This document shows positions 20,546 to 28,510 of a stretch of 64,000 bases of DNA, in pieces; position 1 is the first letter of the stretch; every line of letters begins with the position of its first letter. The notes beneath the pieces are model-generated. The model was not told the DNA's origin. It made no database searches and saw only the letters and a list, made by a program, of their open reading frames with translations. This stretch comes from a virus (Duplodnaviria; Caudoviricetes). Both the position numbers and the translations under genes were made by a program. The stretch lies in the IMG/VR virus record IMGVR_UViG_3300013426_000001, positions 74,524 to 138,523 of that record; one strand, written 5' to 3'.

Positions 20546-21240
20546 AATACAGGTGCCGAATACCAGAGACGTCGGGTCAAAAGGTCGGTTAAATGCGGGA
20601 TTATGCAAGCCTGAGAAAGCAACAACCTCTGAATTGGTGTAAGTGTGTATTAACACCGCCAGGATACGGCGGTATCCATGTAAGCAGGAAGTTGCAGGGG
20701 TCAACTAAAGGCGGCGGCTCGTTAAGCCGTGTAGCAACCCCTCAAAAACTCTATAATTGCACAGCGGATTGTAGATAATGGTGCGGCGCCAACAAGCCGA
20801 AATCAATGCAGTACGTAAGGGACTGATGGTTTACTGAGAAACAGAAAATCTCAAAGCTGTAAAAATATTTTAATAGGTGCTACGAAATCCTCTTAATTAT
20901 ACAAGAGCACTTAAAGTGTGACTTGCTTGCGTAATGACTTAAAGAACCTCGTTGAGTAGAGGTGGTCAGGGTTTAGTATCGAGGGAAAGGCGGTAGTAAA
21001 TGGAGTTGGACGAACAGCCTATATAGAGTTGATGGTGTAAAAATCTCTTAAAACCATCTTACGGAAAGATCCCCAAAAGGGACTGCGGGCGTTACGATTT
21101 TTTCCAGCGCCCACCGCTGACCAACATGCGGGATATAAGTGGCTGGGTCGACAAGTATCAAAAACAGGAATAACTCGAACTGTTTAGTTCCATCTCGGCT
21201 GGACGAGAGGTTTCTCCCCAAAGTACACGGGGATAGGGTT
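20546..21240 (+). ncRNA. large structured ncRNA candidate (GOLLD/ROOL size class, family unassigned)
   Basis: ~700 nt without an RBS-led ORF, more than 10 short hairpins, directly 5' of tRNA-Ser. Confidence 0.65.
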
Positions 21241-21246
21241 ATATGT

Positions 21247-21335
21247 GGAAACTTGCGAGAGTTGGTTTAATCGACTGGTCTTGAAAACCAGCGACCGTAA
21301 AAGGTCCGTCAGTTCAAATCTGACAGTTTCCGCCA
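21247..21335 (+). tRNA. tRNA-Ser(UGA)
   Basis: GGAAACT/AGTTTCC, anticodon loop CTTGAAA, long variable arm, TTCAAAT, GCCA. Confidence 0.95.
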
Positions 21336-21488
21336 CTCGCACGGCTTTATTGATTCCCTGAGCGAGGAAAAGCGAATCAATCGACAAACACGTCGTTAGA
21401 GTGTTCACTGTGCAGGTATCAGATTGGTTAGTATTACCTGTCGGATTGGTGTTTATCCGTCAATGAGGTGCAAACTCAAACACAACAT

Positions 21489-21562
21489 AGGCAATTAGCA
21501 CAAAAGCAGTGCAACCGACTTTGACTCGGTTTACGTTGGAGCGTTACCAGCATTGCCTGCCA
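21489..21562 (+). tRNA. tRNA-Gln(UUG), non-canonical D/T loops
   Basis: AGGCAAT/ATTGCCT, ACCGA-CTTTGAC-TCGGT, GCCA end; T-loop AGCGTTA. Confidence 0.85.
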
Positions 21563-21718
21563 TTATGCCGCACGTACTTTCACGCGGCGGGGAAGACGAA
21601 GAGAAAGCGGAGCTTGAGAAGTGCGCAAACGGAGTAGGTCGTGTGCGCAAGTCATTACTCATCAAGGCAATTACTTTGGTTAGGCGCAAGATTGCTACGT
21701 TTTTGCGAGGAGGTTTAT

Positions 21719-22828
21719 ATGAAACTTAATAAAGCATTTAAATTTAGATTATTGCCAAATCAAAATCAAATAGATCTCCTTGGAAAAACTTTTGGTTGTT
21801 GTAGATCTATTTATAATAAAATGCTTGAAGATAAAATCAAATATTATGAAGAGACAAAAAAGAATTTATCTGTAACTCCAGCACAATATAAACAAGAATT
21901 TGAGTGGTTAAAAGAAGTTGATTCTTATTCTTTGTGTAATGAACAGATGAATTTACAAACTGCTTTCAATAATTTCTTTAGAAACCCAAAAGTTGGCTTC
22001 CCAAAATTCAAAAGCAAAAAGAGTGACAAAAGCAGTTATACAACAAGCAATGTTAGTAATATAATTAGAGTTAACGATAAGCACCAAATTCATCTATGTA
22101 AACTTGGTTGGGTTAAATTTGTAGAACATCGAAAAATTCCAACTGATTACAAAATTAAATCAGTAACAATTACCAAAACTCCATCGGGGAAATATTATAT
22201 TTCAATTTTAACCGAATATGAATATGAAATCTCCAAAAGAGTTTTAGATAAAAACAAATCTCTTGGATTAGATTACAGCTCTCATGACTTTTATGTCGAT
22301 AACCAAGGCAGAAATCCAGAGCATTTACATCATTATTACAGAGATTTGCAAAACAAACTTGCTTTTCACCAAAGAAAACTTTCGCATATGGTTAAGGATA
22401 GCAACAATTATGCTAAACAGAAAATAGTTATTGCTCGAATACACGAAAAGATTTCTAATCAGAGAAAAGATTTCGTAGAAAAAGAATCGACGAAACTCGC
22501 AGACTTATACGACGTTATCTGCCTCGAAAATATTGATTTGTCAAATATTGCTCAATCGTTAAAACTCGGTAAAAGCACGTTAGATAATGCCTTCGGGACG
22601 TTCAGAAATAGATTAGAGCAAAAGATGATATTGCAAGGGAAATTGGTCGCCAAAATAGATAAGTGGTTTCCCTCAAGCAAACTTTGCAGATTTTGTGGTT
22701 GCATTAACAAAGATTTGAAATTGTCCGACAGGGTTTGGAAATGTGAATGCGGTAAAACTCTTAACAGAGATGAAAATGCTGCGATAAATATTCTTAACAA
22801 AGGATTAAAGCAATTGACAATAGCATAA
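21719..22828 (+). mobile_element. tnpB: full-length TnpB (IS200/IS605), no tnpA
   Basis: KAFKFRLLP HTH, GLD, CLENIDL, CRFC/CECG Zn finger, RDENAAINI; RuvC D-E-D intact. Confidence 0.95.
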
Positions 22829-22842
22829 AAATATGTTATAAT
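22814..22842 (+). promoter_or_regulatory. promoter overlapping tnpB stop, positioned to start at the omegaRNA
   Basis: TTGACA 22814, 17 nt, TGn-TATAAT 22837. Confidence 0.8.
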
Positions 22843-22850
22843 TGAAATAG

Positions 22851-22965
22851 AACCGTTAGAACGACGGGGATAGCTTGTTGAAACTGATATTGTTTGGTAT
22901 CTTGAGCAAGAAACTCTGATGTTTTAGCATCGTGAGTAGTTCGCAATACGAGTTTTATTAATCTT
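22851..22965 (+). ncRNA. TnpB omegaRNA (scaffold plus putative guide)
   Basis: AACCGTyrGAACGACGGGGATAGCTTG...CAAGAA...GTTC shared with 38140-38232. Confidence 0.8.
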
Positions 22966-22972
22966 ATGAAAT

Positions 22973-23136
22973 ATGGCTGTACACGTAACGGCAACGTGAC
23001 CGAATCGTAAGTGTCGGAAAGGAAATAAACCCTCAATTGAGGCAATCAACGACGGTTGAAAGCGAATGAATTGGGTTTGAGTTTTCGCGAAAGTGCTCTA
23101 ACTTTATTGTGAGTTCAAATCTCACCAGCCATTCCA
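22973..23136 (+). ncRNA. 164-nt tRNA-like RNA with expanded central domain
   Basis: ATGGCTG/CAGCCAT+TCCA, D arm CACG/CGTG, T arm GTGAG-TTCAAAT-CTCAC, ~110 nt between D and T arms. Confidence 0.75.
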
Positions 23137-23266
23137 CCACCCTGCGGTAGGTATACATACGCGCAGTCCGAAGCTATTGGCGGATATGGAATTTGTGTAT
23201 AGCTAACACACTACGACGGAGTGGACGGGATTTCCCGCGTACCAGACAAAAGAAACCACTCCACCA
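23137..23266 (+). ncRNA. post-tRNA structured RNA motif, copy A
   Basis: CACCCTRCGG..TCCGAA..TGGCGGATA..ACGAC..GACA shared with 23344-23464. Confidence 0.6.
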
Positions 23267-23343
23267 CGGGGTGTAGCGCAGCTTGATAGCGCGTTCGGTT
23301 TGGGACCGAAAGGTCGGAAGTTTGAATCTTCTCACCCCGACCA
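23267..23343 (+). tRNA. tRNA-Pro(UGG)
   Basis: CGGGGTG/CACCCCG, TTCGG-TTTGGGA-CCGAA, ACCA. Confidence 0.93.
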
Positions 23344-23464
23344 GCACCCTACGGCAGACATTCTGAAGATGTTATGTGTGGTCCGAAAAATGGCGGATAG
23401 AGAGAAGGAAGCATTGCGCAATGCTTAGAACGACTGGGAATCTCGACATTAACCTTACCAGCCA
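23344..23464 (+). ncRNA. post-tRNA structured RNA motif, copy B
   Basis: same conserved blocks and stem order as 23137-23266. Confidence 0.6.
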
Positions 23465-23468
23465 TCAT

Positions 23469-23558
23469 GCTTGGTTGCCAGAGTCAGTTAAATGGAGCGG
23501 ATTTGTAATCCGCCGAGCGTCAAAGCTCACGACAGGGCAGAGCTGTCACCAAGCTCCA
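23469..23558 (+). tRNA. tRNA-Thr(UGU) with long variable arm
   Basis: GCTTGGT/ACCAAGC, GCGGA-TTTGTAA-TCCGC, V arm GAGC/GCTC, T arm GACAG/CTGTC, TCCA. Confidence 0.8.
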
Positions 23559-23634
23559 AAATATTTTTAGAAACCGTGTTATTTTGCTTGACACGGTTTC
23601 TTTTTTGTGTTATACTTATCTCAAAGGAGATTTT

Positions 23635-26001
23635 ATGGAAAACCAAGAAAATCAAAACAAAATCACGGGATATTGCGTGCCGACTCGCTTAATTTACCCG
23701 AAAGTCCCGATCGAGGAGTTCGTCCCAGGGAGCTGGGGGCTTCTCGAAGTCGACGTGGGGCAGATATTACAAGGGTCGTTTCCAGCGGGGTTTAGCAAAA
23801 ACGGTTGGTTCCCAACGGTCGTGTTCAAAGGGGCGCTCCCGCCGATTGACACCGAGAAAACGTATTACTTCGAGGTCGAAATGGTCGCGGACGCGAAAAG
23901 CCCGTATAAAGTCGGGTTTAACATTTTGTTTATGACGCAGAGGGTTCGTTTAACAAAGTTTGAAGAGCAAAAGCTTTTCCTCGAAAGCATTTTAACCGAA
24001 CACCAAATCGACATTTTATACGAAGAACTCGTCGACCCGTTCGAAGCGATCGACAGCGGGGATATATTCCTTCTCTCAACTGTAAAAGGGATTGGCGAGA
24101 AAACAGCAGAGAAAATCGTTGAAACGTATAACCGCACCAAAAAGGACGCAAACGCTTTTCTCGTTCTCCGAGAAGAGTTCGGGTTGACTGACGCGGCGGT
24201 GACAAAACTCCAACAACGTTATCTCTCGACAGACACGATAATCGCGAAACTTCGAGAGAACCCATACGAGTTAATGACTCTCGACGGTTACGGGTTCAAA
24301 AAGTGTGATGCACTCGCGCTCAAAGGCGGAATGGCAAAAGACGCGAAATTCCGAGTCCGAGCTTACGTCACGCACTTTTTAACCGACCAAGCCGAGATGG
24401 AGGGAAATTCGTGGATTTATCTCCGCGACCTTTTACACGGTGTGGTTGAGTTTATCCCATCGATAAAGAAGGAAATCTTCGCCGAATGGCTTAAAGAGTG
24501 GTCGGGAAGAATTGATTCGGATGAAACCGTGTTTTTGTACTATGACGAAGAACAGAAGAGGATTGGGTTAAAACACTATCGTGAACTTGAAGAAAACATC
24601 ACTGAAGAAGTTTTCAGGTTACTTAACGCGCCGAAAAAAGATTTGAAGAAATACCGTTTTACAATCGAGGATGCGATTAAAGAATGCGAACAGGAAAATG
24701 GGTGGGAGTACACCGACGAACAAAAAGCAGTAATTTACGGTTGTTTGGAAAACAATATAAGTATAGTAACAGGTAGGGGCGGCAGCGGCAAAAGTACTAC
24801 AATGAAACCGATCGCAAGATTTTGTGCCGCTAATAGATTGTCGGTCGCGCAAACAGCGTTATCTGGGCGAGCCGCGTCTAACTTATCAGAGATAACAAAT
24901 ATTGAAGGCAAGACGATACACAGACTTTTAGGTTATAATCCAAAAGCGGGCGGGTTTGCTTATGATAAAGATAATCCGATTTCAGAAAATGTTGTTATCG
25001 TCGATGAGTTATCAATGAACGATAATGAATTGTTATATCGGCTGTTGCAATCAATACCAAACGGAAGTAAAGTAATTATGTTGGGTGACTACGCACAACT
25101 TGAGCCAATTTCGAATGGAAATTTCCTAAAAGATTGCCTCGATACAAACGCCGTGCCATGTTACCGCTTAACCAAAATTCATCGTCAAGCTCAGAAGTCA
25201 GCAATCATAATCGAATCAATCAAAGTCTCGAATGGGCAGCAGATAATCGGTAATTCGGAAATTAGTGAAATAAGAGGCGAACTCAAAGACCTTAAAATCG
25301 TGACTTATAAAGATGCGGATTTATCGCGAGTGAAATTCCTCACGGAATACCGAACGCTTTTACAGCAAGGGGTTTCGCCTAACGATATAATTGGCGTCGT
25401 CCCGATGAAGTTGCGTGGCGCGATGTCGAGTTTCGCGCTCAACAACGACGTGCAAAAATTCGTCAATCCCGATGAACATTTACCCAGCATCAAGTTGGCG
25501 GCAGATAAAGACAAGTATTACACGATAAGACTTGGCGACCGCGTAATTAACCGCAAAAACCATTACGACACGATTACGCGTGTGGTTTACGAAAGATACG
25601 GGTTTGACAAAGACAACCCCGTTGAACCGATATACAATGGAAATCTCGGTTTCGTTACCGATATACAGGAAAATTACATCGTTGTGGATTTTAAGCAGCA
25701 AGGCGAGGTCGTGATACCGAAGGCGTATTGGGAAGATGTGCTTCTCGGTTACGTCGTTACGACGCACAGCTTCCAGGGGAGTCAGTCGCCTTACGTTGTG
25801 GTCGGATTAGATATGTCGGCTTACATGCTCTTGTCACGAGAAATGCTTTACACGGCGATTACGAGAAGCAAGAAATATTGCGTTTTGGTTGGGCAGATAA
25901 ATGCCATTAAAAAAGCGACTTCGATTAGCCGCGTCTCGGTAAAACAAACGTGGCTTAAAGAATTATTATTAGAAAAAGGAGGTAACAAAAATGGGACGTA
26001 A
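23635..26001 (+). CDS. recD2: RecD2-like SF1B helicase
   Basis: HhH VKGIGEKTA, GRGGSGKS, TIHRLL, VDE, HRQA, THSFQGSQ, YTAITR. Confidence 0.92.
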   Translation: MENQENQNKITGYCVPTRLIYPKVPIEEFVPGSWGLLEVDVGQILQGSFPAGFSKNGWFPTVVFKGALPPIDTEKTYYFEVEMVADAKSPYKVGFNILFMTQRVRLTKFEEQKLFLESILTEHQIDILYEELVDPFEAIDSGDIFLLSTVKGIGEKTAEKIVETYNRTKKDANAFLVLREEFGLTDAAVTKLQQRYLSTDTIIAKLRENPYELMTLDGYGFKKCDALALKGGMAKDAKFRVRAYVTHFLTDQAEMEGNSWIYLRDLLHGVVEFIPSIKKEIFAEWLKEWSGRIDSDETVFLYYDEEQKRIGLKHYRELEENITEEVFRLLNAPKKDLKKYRFTIEDAIKECEQENGWEYTDEQKAVIYGCLENNISIVTGRGGSGKSTTMKPIARFCAANRLSVAQTALSGRAASNLSEITNIEGKTIHRLLGYNPKAGGFAYDKDNPISENVVIVDELSMNDNELLYRLLQSIPNGSKVIMLGDYAQLEPISNGNFLKDCLDTNAVPCYRLTKIHRQAQKSAIIIESIKVSNGQQIIGNSEISEIRGELKDLKIVTYKDADLSRVKFLTEYRTLLQQGVSPNDIIGVVPMKLRGAMSSFALNNDVQKFVNPDEHLPSIKLAADKDKYYTIRLGDRVINRKNHYDTITRVVYERYGFDKDNPVEPIYNGNLGFVTDIQENYIVVDFKQQGEVVIPKAYWEDVLLGYVVTTHSFQGSQSPYVVVGLDMSAYMLLSREMLYTAITRSKKYCVLVGQINAIKKATSISRVSVKQTWLKELLLEKGGNKNGT

Positions 26002-26260
26002 TTATTTTGATTTCAGCGATGAAGATTCTGATTTCAGCCAGAAGGCGGTCGCAAACGTCGGAACGAGAACCATTAGTTTGAGTCTAGGAACGATGGCATT
26101 TATCATTTCGATGATTTTCATGACACTTAAATTGTGTGGCAAAATCGATTGGTCGTGGGTTATGGTTTTCCTGCCTATAATTATCGCGGTCGGAATCAAT
26201 GTCTTGGCGTTTTTGATCGGTTTGATTCTTTTTATAATTTTTTGTATCAGAGACCGATAA
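25991..26260 (+). CDS. small membrane protein
   Basis: LKLCGKIDWSWVMVFLP with two hydrophobic helices. Confidence 0.7.
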   Translation: MGRNYFDFSDEDSDFSQKAVANVGTRTISLSLGTMAFIISMIFMTLKLCGKIDWSWVMVFLPIIIAVGINVLAFLIGLILFIIFCIRDR

Positions 26261-26364
26261 ACGCTTGACAAATGAGTTCGGGTGTGTTATAATGCCGTTG
26301 AAAACCGTTGAATAAAAGGGCAGTTTTATTTAGCGGTAAAAATTCACTTAAAAGGAGATATGAA

Positions 26365-26700
26365 ATGACAGTGGCGATAACACATCACGGGACCCAGAGG
26401 ATGAAAGAGAGAACGAAAGTTTCTCCGACAAAAGCAATCGACAGAGCCGAGAAGGCGTTATGGTGTGGTAAAGAGCCGAAAGACTTTCCAAAGAACACGC
26501 GTAGATATTTAGAAAACGTTTTACAGAGGTCGGCAGAAGAAGGTCGCGCAGACACGCTTAAAGTCCTCGGAAATGATTGTTACCTTTTTTGCAAAGGAAT
26601 TCTCATCACGATAATTCCGATTCCTGAAAAAGTCCGTAAAGCAGATCAAAAAAATAAAGTAAGAAAATCTCAAAGGAGAGAAAATTATGAAAACGATTAA
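26365..26700 (+). CDS. hypothetical protein, possible RelE/DUF4258-like fold
   Basis: ITHHGTQRMKER...LITI pattern. Confidence 0.45.
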   Translation: MTVAITHHGTQRMKERTKVSPTKAIDRAEKALWCGKEPKDFPKNTRRYLENVLQRSAEEGRADTLKVLGNDCYLFCKGILITIIPIPEKVRKADQKNKVRKSQRRENYEND

Positions 26701-27304
26701 ACTAATTTTATTTTGGCTCGTCCATTGTACATGGGGAATTATAATGACACTCGTCGGTTCCGTCGGAGCGCTCGTTATGCTCGTTACGGGGCACAATCCG
26801 AAAAAGCACGGCTACTCGATTTACTTCGTTACGGGGCACGGATGGGGCGGAGTTTGTCTCGGACCCTTCTTCTTCGTAAGCGATGACTGCGACGACATTG
26901 ATAGCAAGACACACGAGGCGGGGCACAGTCTTTTTCAGGCAATGCCGATGGGACCGCTCTTCCCGTTTTTGGTGGGAATTCCATCAATGCTTCGTTATTA
27001 CCTTTTCGACTTCGATAACCGCAAAAAGAGATTGACTTTTATGGCAATTATCGTTTCGGTCGCGGCGTTTGCTGGATTGATTCTCGTTGCCCTCGGCGTC
27101 AATTTCCATATCATTATACTCATCATAATCGGGGCGTTGATAGTCTTCTACGCGATATGTATATTTATATGGTTATATGCAAGCGAAATAGATAAAATGG
27201 ATAGTTCGTCATACGGCTACTACGATATATGGTTTGAACGCGATGCGTCGAAGTACGGTTTGGCAAATTATTATAAAAATAAAAAAGAACTCGAATATGA
27301 GTAA
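26687..27304 (+). CDS. membrane protein with HExxH motif
   Basis: HEAGH, WFERDA, several hydrophobic helices. Confidence 0.65.
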   Translation: MKTIKLILFWLVHCTWGIIMTLVGSVGALVMLVTGHNPKKHGYSIYFVTGHGWGGVCLGPFFFVSDDCDDIDSKTHEAGHSLFQAMPMGPLFPFLVGIPSMLRYYLFDFDNRKKRLTFMAIIVSVAAFAGLILVALGVNFHIIILIIIGALIVFYAICIFIWLYASEIDKMDSSSYGYYDIWFERDASKYGLANYYKNKKELEYE

Positions 27305-27321
27305 AAGGAGATTAAAAAATT

Positions 27322-27711
27322 ATGAAACTTATTGAAGTGTTAAACGCGAGAAAAGTAATTGCAAGCAAAGCACAGGCAAAAGGTGTAAACTTCGGAACTT
27401 CGTTCAAGTTTATGAAGTTTATTAAAGCAACCGATGAAGACGAAAAGTTCTACAACGAAAAGAGAGACGAGCTTATTAAAAGTCTTGCTATGAAGGACGA
27501 TAACGGCGAATTCGTTATTGAAAACAATCAATACAAATTTACAGATGAAAATTTTGCAGAAATCAATAAGCAACTTAACGAACTTGCGGCAACCGAAGTT
27601 GAAATTCCCGATAAAATGAAATTTACCGAACAAGAACTCGACAAGATGGAATTCACCATTGAAGAAGTTGCCGCTATTTATGAACTTTTAAAATTGGACG
27701 AAAATGAATAA
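27322..27711 (+). CDS. hypothetical acidic protein
   Basis: AAGGAG RBS. Confidence 0.65.
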   Translation: MKLIEVLNARKVIASKAQAKGVNFGTSFKFMKFIKATDEDEKFYNEKRDELIKSLAMKDDNGEFVIENNQYKFTDENFAEINKQLNELAATEVEIPDKMKFTEQELDKMEFTIEEVAAIYELLKLDENE

Positions 27712-28510
27712 CGATAGTTCACGTGACATTCGCAATATCACAAAATTAAACAAAGATGGCACAACGACACAAATACAGGTAGATTGGAATAAATTGCCTT
27801 GCAGCAAATGCGAGCGGAGATACCATTTCACCTGCCCGAAAGATTGCTGGAATAAAAAAGGAGAGTACTGTGTATATTGAAGATAGTAGGATTCATGTTT
27901 ATTCTCGTGACTGTAATTATTGTCATTATTACGAATGTAATCAAGATTGTGAAAAATGTTCGAATTTCGACGGATTTGACGAAAAAACGCAAAAGCAAAT
28001 CTGCGCCTGCGAAGAAAAAGTGATTACAAAATTTGCTGGTTCTTCGTGCCCGTGCTTCAAAGAAAACTGGGATTAACAAAAACCACAAAAAACCACATTT
28101 TTGCAATAAAATGCCGATAATCGTTCTATTTTATCATTTATCGACATAATAAGCAAAATAGACACGATTTATAACATACGGCGTAAATAACGCGATTATC
28201 GATATTTTTGGAGTAAAAAATGAAAAAAATTAAAATTTCTTATTCAATAGTAATGGAAGATGATGTTTACGAACAATTCAAAAATGGATTGGGGATAACA
28301 AGTAATGCAGAGCTTTTGGGATATATAAAAGGAGTAACGAAGCAGCAGGAAAACGAGTTTGCTAAAATTGACGACATCGTAGTTATACTTCCCGACGAAC
28401 CGTATATTCCCAAAAATTAAAAAAAATTTAGAAAAACCTGTTTCAAACGCTTGACAGGTTTTCTTTTTTATGCTATAATTCACCTATCAAATCAAGGAGA
28501 AGAAGAAACA

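Noticed and set aside
20593-20778. 61-aa ORF inside the large ncRNA region (also 59405-59695)
   Set aside because: No RBS, atypical composition; the 59405 ORF starts upstream of the promoter
21353-21382. Hammerhead ribozyme (CTGAGCGAG...CGAAT)
   Set aside because: Core deviates from CUGANGA/GAAA and stem II does not form
21567-21625. Theta/HDV-like ribozyme after tRNA-Gln
   Set aside because: P1 and P2 can form but there is no room for P3/L3
22973-23136. tmRNA or intron-containing tRNA
   Set aside because: Has a full D stem, no G3-U70 Ala pair or tag ORF, and the insert lacks group I P7 elements and is too short
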